Shown here: in pieces, positions 11,061 through 23,121 of the stretch
Layout of the letters: each line of letters starts with the position of its first letter
Position numbering within the stretch: the first letter of the stretch is position 1
Assembly (NCBI GenBank): GCA_965153355.1
Contig: OZ231126.1
Location: forward strand, 23,622,001 to 23,686,000
From: Flaccisagitta enflata
Lineage: Eukaryota
DNA: 64,000 nucleotides
Direction of reading: 5' to 3'
The notes under the pieces: generated by a model
The model's database searches: none
Told to the model about the DNA's origin: nothing
Seen by the model: the letters and a program-made list of their open reading frames with translations, nothing else
Program-made: the position numbers and the translations under genes

Positions 11061-12737
11061 TGTTGAATTTTTTGAAAAGTTTTTTTTGAAATTTTTTTGC
11101 AAAATTTTTTTTAAAAAAAAATTTTATTTTTTTTTTAAGAAATTTTTTTTTTGAAAAAAAATTTTTAAATTTTTTTTTTTTTGGATTTTTTTTTTTTTTT
11201 AATTTTTTTTTTTTTTGAATTTTTTTTTTTGAATTTTTTTTCTTTTTATATATTTTTATATTTTTTTTTTCGAAAAATTTTTTAAACATTTTTTCCTTAG
11301 ATTTTGGTTGTCATTATCATTCATTGTTGTCATCATCATCCACTATTGTTATCATTGTCAAGTTTTGTCATCATTAAAACAATATTTTTTTTTTCTTGAA
11401 ATAGCTGTCTTGTAGTGTATCTTCTCGAGTTGCGTTTATAAGAAAGCTTCAAAAATTACAGTCCCCAGTCGGGGACTGTAATTTTGAAGCTTTTTTGACA
11501 TTTTGAGCCTCAACGTTGTTATAACGAAGGTTGTTACTCAGTCAAGAGCGTGTATGACTGTAAATGACTTAGAATGACTTAGAATGACTAAGAATGACTT
11601 CTACTGCCCTAAAATGACTAAAAACAACTTAAAGAAATAAAAAAAAAGTTTGACGGACAGACCGACCGACGGACAGACCGACCGACGGACAGACGGACAT
11701 AGCAGGTTGTAGAGTCGCGTGCGCGCGACTAAAAAGTCGCAAAAGCGTCGGATGGTCAGCGGTGCACGATGTCCCACTTTGAGTTTTTTAAGTTAAACAG
11801 TTATGTCGACAATCGCCGAAAGGGCAAAATCGTCCTGGCCACTTTTCACCAAGTCTTTGTCTCCAGTCACTGTAATATCTTTTGGTTGTTAGATTAAATC
11901 ATGAGCAATTGTATGAGTGAAAGTCCTTTAAACAAATTAAATAGCACCCTCCGCAACAAATTTGTTTAGCACCCTACGCAACAAGCAGGTACGCTTATTT
12001 GCATGCCTTTTTGTGTTTTGGTTACACAAGTAACAAACATTTTCATTTGCCACTAAAACTGACCCTGTTACAGTTGAGCTTCACTAGAGCGCATGCCAAG
12101 GGACTGGGCCAAATTATGCCACACAGTGAAGCTGCCTTATTGCCAACATAGAAATATCTACAAAATCTTTCAAGGGACTGTATATTAGATGCCTTATAAG
12201 CGGGCATGCCTTAATAGCGGGTAAGCTCTGGCGGTGCTCCACTGTACTTACATTGCAATTTTCTAATTCAAACCTGTCTTTGTCAAACTTGTTCATCTCC
12301 CCTCCAGTCTTTCAGTCACAAATTGTCGAACAGACTTTCTCTCTGCCTTTCCGTTTTTTGACTATCTGTCCGTCAGTTTGACTGTCTGTCTGTCTTTCTG
12401 TATTTCTGATATCCTGTGTTTCTGATATTCTGTCTTTTTTACTTTCTGTCTGTCTATCTATCTGACTGTCTGTCAGTCTGACTGTCTGTTTAAGTGTCTC
12501 TCTCTCTTTCTCTCTCTCTTTCTTTTTCTCTTTCTATCTCTCTTCCTCTTTCTCTTTCTCTTTCTCTTTCTCTTTCTCTTTCTCTTTCTCTTCCTCTTTC
12601 TCTCTCTCTCTACTAATCGGGTGGATATGTTTTTTCTGTCTGTCTGCCTTTCTGTATTTTCAACATCTTGTTTTTTCTGTCGTTTTATCTTTGTTTCTGT
12701 CTGTGTTAGTCTGTCCGTCTGTCGGCCTGTGTCCACG

Positions 12738-12837
<100 letters not shown>

Positions 12838-12941
12838 CGGGTGTGCTGATCACGCACATTGATCTTTTGTTCTGAGACTTGTGATCATTGCCGATCGCTT
12901 TCACGATGCGAAGATGCTGCCATCTCCATGCGAAGATAAAT

Positions 12942-13028
<87 letters not shown>

Positions 13029-13250
13029 GTCTGTGCGTCTGTCTGGATCTACGTTTGCGTGATTTAACATACGTCCTCGCATTTCTTATGAAGGCTTTTC
13101 CGTCTTTCGGTCTGTCTGTCGTTATCTGTTTCGTTGTATCCCTCTCCTCCCCTTCGAAAGGCCTTCTTTGCTTCTCTTTGTCTCTCTTATTTTGTGTGAC
13201 GCTTAATTTCGAGGACAGAGACTTAAACGGAGGACCACCACTTAATTCAG

Positions 13251-13300
13251 GGGTCATCTCAAAGGGCATTTAGAGGTCAGATCGGGGTCAAAGTCATAAA
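13251..13300 (+). promoter_or_regulatory. Cluster of nuclear-receptor half-sites including DR5 (RARE-like) spacings
   Basis: GGGTCA-n6-AGGGCA-n5-AGGTCA-n5-GGGTCA-n0-AAGTCA followed by TAAA; function is inferred only. Confidence 0.35.
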
Positions 13301-14262
13301 ATTCTCGCTTTCCTTTTTTTCCTTTTCCAGGATAGGTTGAGGTCTTTCATGACGCTGAGATCGCCAAGTTGTCGGAGTCAAAGAATTTTTGTGATTCATT
13401 GTTTTGCACATTGCAGGCTTCCTTATTTCCTGTGCATAATAAGTGCCCGGACGCTTTTGAAATTGAAATGAAACATTGCTTTTTTCAACCTGTAATTAGC
13501 ACCCCTCATTCACTCATAAGTCATATATACACAATACTGTATAAAACGTACTTTAGTTGACCACTTTTTTTCGTGGTTCAGTGCAGTTGAACAAGCAGTT
13601 GAACACGCAGTTGAACACTAAAATAGATAGTATTTTGTATTTAGTATAGATAGTATTTTGTAGCATTGCATGCTTGTCCTACAGTATGATTCATCTCGTT
13701 TGCAGCATTTGATGAGGATAATCAAATTCCGAAAAATGTTTCTGAAAGATGAATGTTTTGCAATTTCTTATGAACAATTTTTAATGATTTTTGACAAAAA
13801 TCTGATGCTATTGGCATTTAAAGAGCTTCAAGTTAATTTTTGCAAAAAAACGCATGTTTTCCCACTTTTTTCTCAAAAAATAATGCAAAAAGGCCATTTT
13901 TCTCTCTTTGTTTCCAAAAATTGTATTAAACATCTGTAATCTTGAGCCAATATGATGTCAATGACTCAAATGTTCAGAAATGAGACAATGCTAAAAAAGA
14001 TCAGTTTAGCTGAGAGCACGACAAAATGGTATGTTTTGAATACCAAAATTTTTAGTATGTATGTGACAAAAGGGTCATCTTTGAAATTATTCATAAGAAA
14101 TTGCAAGGCATTCATCTTTCAGAGACTTTTTTCAGAATTTGATTATCTTTATTACTATAGGAGTTATGTCCTCATCAAATGTTGCAAACGAGATGAATCA
14201 TACTGTACTATAAATTTCATAGGATTCTCAGAGTGACAGGATGGCCTGCCATGTAACCGGAG

Positions 14263-14328
14263 GACCTACGTGACGGAGCTGGATGACCTACGTGACGGAG
14301 CTGGATGACCTACGTCACGGAGCTGGAT
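14263..14328. repeat. 3x 22-bp tandem repeat GACCTACGTGACGGAGCTGGAT
   Basis: Three near-identical units starting at 14263, 14285 and 14307. Confidence 0.9.
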
Positions 14329-14640
14329 GGCTTTTATCACGTGACTGGATGGCACCAAACATTCCTACGTCAGAAGTTCCGTGAAAAACGACTTCTTATT
14401 CAGCGTTTTTTTGCTTCTCCTGTGTGACGTCGTTTGGTCGAAGCTCAATCCCTTTGGACAATAACAATGGAATTGGGAAGAGAGGTAGAAAGGCTGGGAA
14501 CAGGTACAACATTGTGCGGGTAGTCCAGTAAAGAATGACACAGTTCAGAGATGAGCATCAGTTAATGCAGTTGAGCGCATGGAAAGGGAAAGGACTACAT
14601 TATGCCCTCTAGTGAAGCTGCCCGATTGCAAACCAGAAAA

Positions 14641-15900
14641 AACAAGGCCGGATACACGGGCCAAGACGGTGCGCCGAGCGTTATTAATTCATAGCTATCC
14701 CTAGCTCCATCAGACCTATCCCTAGCATTATCAGACCTATCCCGCCAGGCGTTATTAATCCATAGCTATCCCTAGCTCCATCAGACCTTTCCCTAGCTCT
14801 ATCAGACCATTCCTAGCTCTATAAGACCTATCCCGAGCTCTATCATAGTCGGGGATCTTAGCGCCAAAATCAAGGATGGCGTGCAAAAATTTTCAGCAAG
14901 CTCTAGAAATTTGCATACGGGACTATTTTTTCATGCTGAAGACAGCCAAACCATCCGTTTTTCAAAATTTTTTTAGCCCCCCTTCTAAAAATTGCTTTTT
15001 AGGCCATTTTTTCACTTCAAAACGTCATAATGGGTAAACCGTTCAGGTTGGCTCAACAAAATTTTACATGGTAAAATATGTGATATTTCTTTAGTTACAT
15101 ACCAAATTTCAGCTTAATCGGTTGAGTAGAAGCGGCGTTATTGAATTTTAAAGTCTAGGTACCTTTTTTCAAAAAAATGCCAAAATTTTGAAAAGGGCTT
15201 TCCCTAGGCTAAATGGTTCAACTTCATGCCACAAGATTTTGCATGGTCAAATGTATGATAAAAACCGACTTGCATGTCAAATCTTAGCCTCTCAGCTCTT
15301 ATAGAAGCGGAGATATGAATGTTCAAAGTTAAGCATATTTTTTTGAGAAAAAATCAAAAACTACAAAAAAATGATTTTTTCTCCTCAACGACAAATGCCA
15401 CCAACTTGAAATTTTACATGATGAATAATATGATATTTTTTGAGTTGTCCACAAAATTTGAGCCTTAAAACTCAAATAGAAGCGGAGATATTGTCATTTA
15501 AAGTCTAGGTACCCATTGTTCCAAAAAATGCAAAATTTTGAAAAGGGCTATGCCTAGGCCAAACGATTTGGCCGATTGCCACAAAATTTGACGTGGTGAT
15601 AAGCATTATTAATACCTAATTCCATGTCAAATCTGAGCTTTTAAACCCTTATCAAAACAAAGTTATGAATTTTTAAAGATTTACCATTACCTTTGGAAAA
15701 AAAACAACAAAAATAGAAAAAGTACCATTACTTCTGAACCATAGTAGCCACGGAGATGAAATTTGACATGATGAATTGTGTGATATTTTTGACTCTACAT
15801 GCCAGCTATCTAGCTCACACTGAGGCCGATATTTAGGCTCTCATAGTCTAAACCCTCCATAAAAATGGCTTAAAATGACTATTTTTTCAACTTTTTGGCC
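14641..15900 (-). mobile_element. Helentron-like element with internal 21-bp and 175-bp tandem repeats
   Basis: Begins with the reverse complement of the family 3' hairpin end (aacaaggccggatacacgg), then (ccctagctccatcagacctat)-like units at 14700-14850 and a 175-bp array at ~15030-15850; the far boundary is uncertain. Confidence 0.55.
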
Positions 15901-16697
15901 TAAAAACCCATTTTCAGTTCATCCACTGGTCCTTAATTGGGGATTTTCCTCTGACTGGATCTAATCTATCGCTAACCTAAGAAAATTTGATGATTGGAGA
16001 TCTAGAAAGGCTGATATGAAGCCTAACAGAGCAAAAATTTTGTCTGGAAGGCCTGATTTTGGACTGAGTAGACTGATTTAAGGTGTAAGGACATGGGCAA
16101 CAGTCCAAAAGGGCTGATGCCCTGTAGGACACAGGAGTGAATTTCCTTATATATATCCTTTGGTTTGTCTTTATGTCCATCCATCTGTATAGCTGTCTGT
16201 ACGTCCTCACTCGGCTTCTCAGGCCCTAATCTAGTGTTTTTAGTTGAATAAATGCAACGCTCGAACTTGCTGTGTCAGTCTGTCAGTCTATTGGTCAGTC
16301 AGTTGGTGACCAAATCAAAATACAGGTTCTTTGGTCATATTTAGGCATTTAAAGGTGATTATAGGTATTCAAAAGGGGAGTAAAGGTCATTAGGTTATTT
16401 GAGGTAATTCTAGGTCATTATAGATAATCATGTAATCATAGGTTATTATGGGTAATTCTTACTACGTAGTAATTAAAAGGTATTTATAGGTATTGAACAG
16501 GAAGATGCAGGTAATAAGTAATTGTAGGAAAATATAGCCACTTTTTATTACCTTTATTATCTTTATTGCCCTAGATACCATGGAACTAAGGTTTGTTGAC
16601 CTTGTTTGACGGAAATCAGGTCTAAGAAACCTGAATCATCCCTCTAAGACCCTAAATCACCCCTCTACATCTACCTGGTAATACCTACAATAACGTA

Positions 16698-17873
16698 CAG
16701 TACCTTCCGAGCAAACCCGACTAAAACTGGAGGATTAATTTTTGTTACTTTGATTTCATTTCCCAAACTTCATTTTTTATATCTAACTTAATTAAAAGAT
16801 ACTTAATTCCTTTTACATACTTAGCTGTCAAAAAGAATAGCTTGTGAAATCAAAGTGCATGAAGACATCAATATGGAGTCTTCTAATCCAGACCATTGAA
16901 TTCAGCAGAGAATTTTTCCTATTTTAAAGTACAAGAACAGCTCAATCAGACAATCATTTCAGATTTTACAGCAATTTTAAGTTTTTAAGGACAATTGTCT
17001 AAAAATAGGCCAATTGCTAAAGAATTTTAAATGGCCATAGAACCTAAAATAATTGTCTGATTTAGCTGTTTTTGTAGTCTAGGATAGGTAAAATTATCTG
17101 CTAAATCCAATGGTCTGGGTTAGAACACTCCATATTGATGTCTTCATGCACTTTGATTTCACGAGCTACTATTTCTGACAGCTAAATATGTTCAAGGAAT
17201 TAGGTACAGTAGATCTCGTCAAGACTTGAGATGACGGGGGGTAGTATTGTAGGAAAACAAATGAAGCCAGGGGACTGATATTTCAAACATAAACTAATAG
17301 CGGGATGCTTTATTGCCCATGATAGCTGGTTGCTATGGAAACACATTTCCATGTATTCTCGCTAAAGTATCAATATTTTGAGAGATCTTTTTAGGGAACA
17401 TTGTTTAAAATAAAGTTTGCTACAACTTTCCCACAGTATGTTCTGTAAGAATGTCGCTGGTTTAGCGGTTGCTAGGGGTTGTCACACATGGATACGCTCC
17501 CTAGCAACGGCCAAACAAGCGACATTCATACAGAACATACTGTGGGAAAGTTGTAGCAAATTTCATTTTAAGCAATGTTCCCTAAAAAAATCTCTCAAAA
17601 TATTGATACTTTAGCGAGAATACATGGAAATGTGTTTCCATGGCAACCAGCTATCATGGGGAATTAATCATCCTTTGATTAGTCTATGATCCAAATATCG
17701 CTCTCCTGCCTTCATTCGTTTTTCCACAATGCTTGCCCCCGTTATCTCAAGTCTAGACAAGATCTACTGTATCTTTTAATTAGGTTAGATACAAAAAATG
17801 AAGTGTGGAAAATGAAATTAAAGTAACAAAAATTAATCCTCCAGTTTTAGCCGGTTTTGCTCAGAAGGTACTG
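16698..17873. mobile_element. Foldback MITE (Tc1/mariner-like, TA TSD)
   Basis: TA|CAGTACCTTCCGAGCAAA ... TTTGCTCAGAAGGTACTG|TA; the arms are complementary over hundreds of bp. Confidence 0.88.
17207..17769. mobile_element. Second foldback MITE nested in the first
   Basis: TA|CAGTAGATCTCGTCAAGACTTGAGAT ... ATCTCAAGTCTAGACAAGATCTACTG|TA; palindromic about a centre near 17490. Confidence 0.88.
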
Positions 17874-18706
17874 TATAAATAAGTATGATTACCAGACTGG
17901 ATTACCTATGAGTACCTTTACATACTCATATTCCGTTTTCCATTGATCATCCAAACATGCTTAACTAAAGTAATGGAGACCCATATGACCCTTCGCTAAC
18001 AGTTGGACAGAGATGGAAAAACCCAAATCTCAGCTTTCAGGTTCAAAACTCAGCCTCCAGGTACCTATCTCAGCTTAAGGCTCAAATCTGAGCTTGAAGC
18101 TTAAAGCTTTGGAGCCACTGCCCCTCTTACTACCACACATTCACAAACACTCATGTAGGGGCCAAAGATACTGCTGACCATCTAATACTTTTGCAACTAT
18201 TCAAGAATTGCACTCCTCCTTCCACTCCCATGCTGAAACTACCACTCTCACCCACTTCTTTTTCTTCACTTATTTTTCTTCATTTCTGGTTGAAAGAGGC
18301 AAGGGGTAATTAAAGTCAAAAACAAAGTTTCTTTATGGCTTTTGAAACATAGTTTTTTTTCAGATATTCAAGATGCTCACTTTGGCCATCCTCATTGGGC
18401 AGTGGCCCTAAAGGGGCCTATGATTTCACATGAGGTAATTTGTTTTTCAATTTTTCCACTTCCCCTGGCCCAAGATTTGATTTGAAGGGCATCTTATCAA
18501 ACCTCTTTTCACTGCCTCCTGCCCAAATCAAACATCCAAGACTCCAATTAAAGCTGTTCACGCCTGATACTAATTCCCCATAGCCCCTAACTTGGTCTTC
18601 TGAACCACTAATCAAGCCTCCTAGTGCAGAGTCGACCTACCAACCAACACAGCAAGGTGTAGAGTCGCGTGTCAGTGACTAAAAAGAAGCTAGATCAGAG
18701 ACATAG

Positions 18707-21700
18707 CAGTTCAAAGCGGATAAAGCAGTCATACCTCGCAATTTAAAAAAGGCCACATTTACACTCTCAGCAGTCGACAATATTGATCACAATACTAGTG
18801 GAAATCAATCCATGGACTCATTCCATGGTACATCCATCACCATGCACCAACAGCCAACAGAATCATCAATCAATCAAGAAGCCTTCCAGATGACCAACCA
18901 AGGCTACACAATTGAACTTCCAGAATCCTACAGTGTTATTGAGGATATTGAGGGCATAGTGGGGGCTAAAACTCGAGTGGCTGCCACTACAAAAGTAGTG
19001 AATTATCCAATCATTGACTTTGAAAAAGAATTGGGTAAAGAAAAGGAGTGGTCGAACCAGAGCAAAATTCTGCTCTCTCAATCATCATTGGCTGAGAATG
19101 ACATGATAAGCTATTCAGGTTATTTCTCTAAAAAACATGCCGCTGATAACGATGTCACGCCTGCAGTGACTGGAATTTTTCCTGTTTTCCATCAAAAAGC
19201 AGCCGAAAAACCCATGCTAAAGCACACCATGAAACAGGTATGTACTGCTGTTCAACATTTGAATGGCAATCAGATTCCCATCCTTGTTGGGGATCAACCC
19301 ATCTTTGCAATTCTGAAGACGATACAATGGGAGTACAGTCAGTACAATGAGCAAAAAACAGTGGTGCTACTGGGTGGTCTTCATACAGAGATGAATGTAT
19401 GGTCTGTTGTTGGTAAACTGATCGATGGTTCAGGAGTAATTGAATGTTTAGCTGAGGCAAATGTGACCACAAGTGGTCGTGCTCAAAGCATCATTAATGC
19501 ATCCCATCTCAAGCGGACAAGATATGTACATGAAATAGTACATGTGGTATTTCAAGATCTGAAGCATAAAGCGTACAGAGAGAGTTGATCAGATCTATCC
19601 ATTGATGAATGGACTTCAATCAGATGTGGTCAATCCCCAAATTTTTTCTTTTGGGATATGATCCTTCGTTTCCAAGCAAAAATTTTTGCTTTTGTTAGAG
19701 CTCACAGAGAGAGAAACTTTGACCTGTATGTAAGTTCCTTGGAGGAATTATGTCCCTATTTCTTTGCTCTGGACAGCCCAAATTACTCTCGCTGGGCCCC
19801 AGTTCATGTGCGTGATATGAAGTGTCTGCCTCAATCAGTTTTGGAGGAATTCAAAAAAGGGAATTTCACTGTGACAAAGAGTAATCACAAGTTTTCCTCC
19901 ATTGCAATTGATCAAGCACATGAGTAAAGCAACAAGCTTATAAAGGGTTCAGGGGGCCTTGTTGGATTGTTTCATAATCAGGAGTCTCTAATTCAAGGCC
20001 TCATTAATGCTCCAGAAATTGCAAGACTTTTGCAAGAATTTGGAAAAACTCTACCAAATTGGGGAGTAGAAGAGGACGATAGTGATGTTATGCTTGAGCA
20101 CCATGAAAGCTCGCCTAGTTTTCAGAAAAACTTTCATGCAAAAGCCAACAATTTGCTATCCAAAGTTTGTCTCCATGGAAATCCGTTTTCCATTGATCAT
20201 CCAAACATGCTTAACCTAAGCAATGGAGATGCATATGACCCTTTGATTGATGAAACTCATAGAAACCTAGAGAAAAAAGGGAAGGAACAGTACAAAACTT
20301 TTGTTGGTGAGGTCTTACAAAATGGCAGTAGATCTTTATATGATCCAATTACCAAAAACTCTTTTCCACTCATGAGCACACCATTGAAGCGTATGACCAC
20401 AGCTGGAAACAGAGTGAAAATCATCAAACTTAACAGTGAAATATTTTCAGAAGCAGCGGCAGTTCTTGAACACAGAACATTTCCTATTGAAAAAATCTTC
20501 AATTTTGAGCAGCACTTTTTCGCTCCAGCAATTTCTGACTTCGGTGAGTTGCATCTACCAAAAAACAAATCTGATCTGGTCTATACCATTGTTACTCCAT
20601 GTCATAATCCTCCTGCGGTAGGTGAGGCTGAATTTGATCCTACGTCAACTATTATACTGGATGGATTAAGACTTGTTACCCAATTTCATCCAAATCCTTC
20701 CATGACATTCATTGACTATGTCAATTACCTGAGCAAAAATGTCATCAGCCTTTTCTTTGTGTTCAGTCAAAGGGTGGACATAGTGTTTGAAACCTTTTTG
20801 GAAAAAAGTCTCAAGGCTTCTACACGTCAAAAAAGAGGCCATGGACCAAGGCGCAGTGTTTCCAAACTGACCAAATGCCCAAGCAACTGGGCCCAGTTTC
20901 TCAAGGACTCACTCTTCAAGGAAGAGTTGTATACATTTTTGGCGGAAGAACTGACTCCTCTTACCTATCCTGAAAGTAGACAATTGTATGCAACTTCTAA
21001 AGAGAACGTTTTATCCAATGGAAGTCTTCCTATGGAGGATTGTGACCATGAAGATGCAGATTCAAGAATGCTTTTACATGCGAAGCATGCCATATCTCAA
21101 GGAATGAACAAAGTAAGAATCCTAAGTAATGACACTGATGTAGTCATCATTGGTCTTGGTGTATATCACAGGCTGCGTGCAAGCTTCCATTTTGAAGACA
21201 TCATCATTGAGTTTGGTCTAAAAAAAGACCACAAGGCTATCAGCCTAAAATCTCTAGCGGAATCTCTTGGAGAACTTCGCTGTCAAGCTCTCCCTTTCTT
21301 TCATGCCCTGACAGGCTCAGACACCACATCTGCATTTAAGAGTATTGGTAAGAAGAAAGCATATGAAGCTCTGAAAGTATGTCCAAATGCAGAATCAACT
21401 TTTGGGTTCATTTTCAATAACCCTTTTCATAATTTCGCTCAGGATGATGCTAAGTTTGAAAGCATTCAAAGATTCACAATTCTGATGTACCACAAGACAT
21501 CAATGTTGACAAAGGTCAATGAGGCCCGTAAGCGTTTTTACTTCCAGCGGACTAAAAACATTGAAACTATTCCTCCAACAGAGGATGCACTGTTCTTGCA
21601 TACTTTGCGGGCAATTTATCAGGCTGGAGTCTGGAGTAAGTCATTAGAAATTTGACAAAACCTTCCATCACCTCAAGCTTTTGGCTGGAAGGATTCAGAT

Positions 21701-21883
21701 GAACCTAATTGGACCTGGGAACCAAAATGGATATCACAGTATGAGTCCTGCAAGGAAGCAAGAGAATTTGTAAAATGCTCCTGCAAATCTGAATCCTGCA
21801 CAAGATGCGAATGCAGGCTGGCATCACTCAAATGTACACTTTTGTGCACTTGCAATTGTGCAGACAGGGAGAGATATGAATAG
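18707..21883 (+). pseudogene. Academ-type (AcademX-like) DNA transposase with XPG/PIN-like nuclease and Cys8 finger, 5'-truncated, with nonsense mutations
   Basis: One reading frame joins ORFs 18812-19588, 19658-19927 and 19967-21655 and continues to TAG at 21881-21883. Motifs: AVDNIDH..SFHGT, GDQP, LGGLH, NYSRW, IDQAHE, HEDAD/DTDV/LTGSDTTS (XPG/FEN-like), PPT..HTLRA.YQ, and C-terminal CSCK..C..C.C....KC...C.C.C. Internal stops at 19586, 19925 and 21653. Confidence 0.8.
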
Positions 21884-22381
21884 GAAAACCTGAAATTAGA
21901 ATTACAGGGGTGTGTGTGGTTGAGCAAAACCATATGAAAGTATTTTTCTTATATCTGCTATCTTAAAGTGCTAGGAAGTTTCTAACAAAAAAATTTGCAT
22001 GATCCAGTGACCGTTTACTTATTTTCATTAGATCTGATTGTCATATGAGAAGAAGAAAAATTTGTAACCTGGAAAAATAATTGGACAACTTCCTTTTCTC
22101 TCTCTCCTTTCATGACACTTCTAATTCAAAATGTTTTCAGAGGGAAGAGTCAACCATTTCTACATCTGAAACAAGTTTACACTTCTTTTTTGTAAAAACT
22201 ATCATTATGAAAATTGTTTATCAATTTGCGGTAATTACAAATGATAATTTCCTTCCCATCATTCAGCATTTAGCGATAGGAATGCTAGGGCAGTGCAGTC
22301 AGTTAACAAAGAAATATCACTTTTAGCTACAATTTCTCTGCTTTTTTAATATTTCGCTTTTTATCATTTTCTTTTCTTCTA

Positions 22382-23121
22382 CATGGTGTTTCATGCCAAA
22401 ATAGATATAAGAAAACAATGCCATTCTGCTTCTAGAAATGTAAAAAAAGTTCTGAAAAAAGACTCAAAAAGCACTTGAGCTCCAATTTTCTATATGAAAA
22501 TTTCAGTCAAATATCTTGGCCACAACATCAAATTGAAGTAAAACGAACATTTTCAGGAAAAACTCTTTTGAGATAATTTTGATTTTAAAAGTTTTTCTTT
22601 GAAATGCTCTCATTTCTAAATGGCTTGAGTTACAGATGCCAGATTGGTCTCCAATCGAAGCTTATCAAATCTTTCAAAATTTGAGACCAATCTGGCATCT
22701 GTGGCTCAAGCCGTTTAGAAATGAGATTGCTTTAAAGAAGAATTTTCAAAATTAAAATTATGCCAAAAGAGCTTCTCCTTTAAATGCTCATTTTACTTCA
22801 TATTGATGTTGTGGCCAAGAAATTTGACCCAAACCCATGAAATTTTTACACAAAAAATTGGAGCTTAAGTGCTCTTCGAATCTTTTTTCAGAATTATTTT
22901 TGCATTTCTAGTCGCGGACAAGCGACTCTATAAGAGGCTTCTGTCCGTCCACCCGCCTGTCGGTCCGCTGGTCCGCCGTCCGTCAGAGCACGCAGTCGTA
23001 AAGTGGAAACGCGCATTTCCGCCTCACCAACCGCCTGGGCGACTGGTATTGGCCGTGTATCCGCCTTGTTAAAGCAGAATGGCATCGCTTTCTTATATCT
23101 AATTTGGCATGAAACACCCTG
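22382..23121. mobile_element. Foldback MITE (CAGGGTGT-type TIR, TA TSD) interrupted by a Helentron-like copy
   Basis: TA|CATGGTGTTTCATGCCAAA ... TTTGGCATGAAACACCCTG|TA; long complementary arms about a centre near 22665; insertion at 22909-23070. Confidence 0.82.
22909..23070 (+). mobile_element. Helentron-like non-autonomous element
   Basis: tagtcgcggacaagcgactctat...GTCC repeats...gcgact...ggccgtgtatccgccttgtt; no TSD relative to the opposite MITE arm. Confidence 0.7.

Larger units (their letters stand above)
9405..11552. mobile_element. Non-autonomous TIR DNA transposon (TA TSD, Tc1/mariner-like) with internal satellites
   Basis: TIR CACGCTCTTGACTGAGTAAC ... GTTACTCAGTCAAGAGCGTG, each flanked by TA; contains a 162-bp repeat, a 19-bp minisatellite and an A/T tract. 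Confidence 0.8.
9160..11735 (-). mobile_element. Helentron-like non-autonomous element split by a nested TIR element
   Basis: aagtcgcgtgc near 9162 and agagtcgcgtgcgcgcgactaaaaa near 11711-11735; atgactta repeats continue on both sides of the 9405-11552 insertion; GACC/GAC-type microsatellite near the 5' end. Confidence 0.6.

Noticed and set aside
14263-14850. Short regular repeats as a possible CRISPR array
   Set aside because: Units are contiguous without unique spacers, the context is eukaryotic and there are no cas genes.
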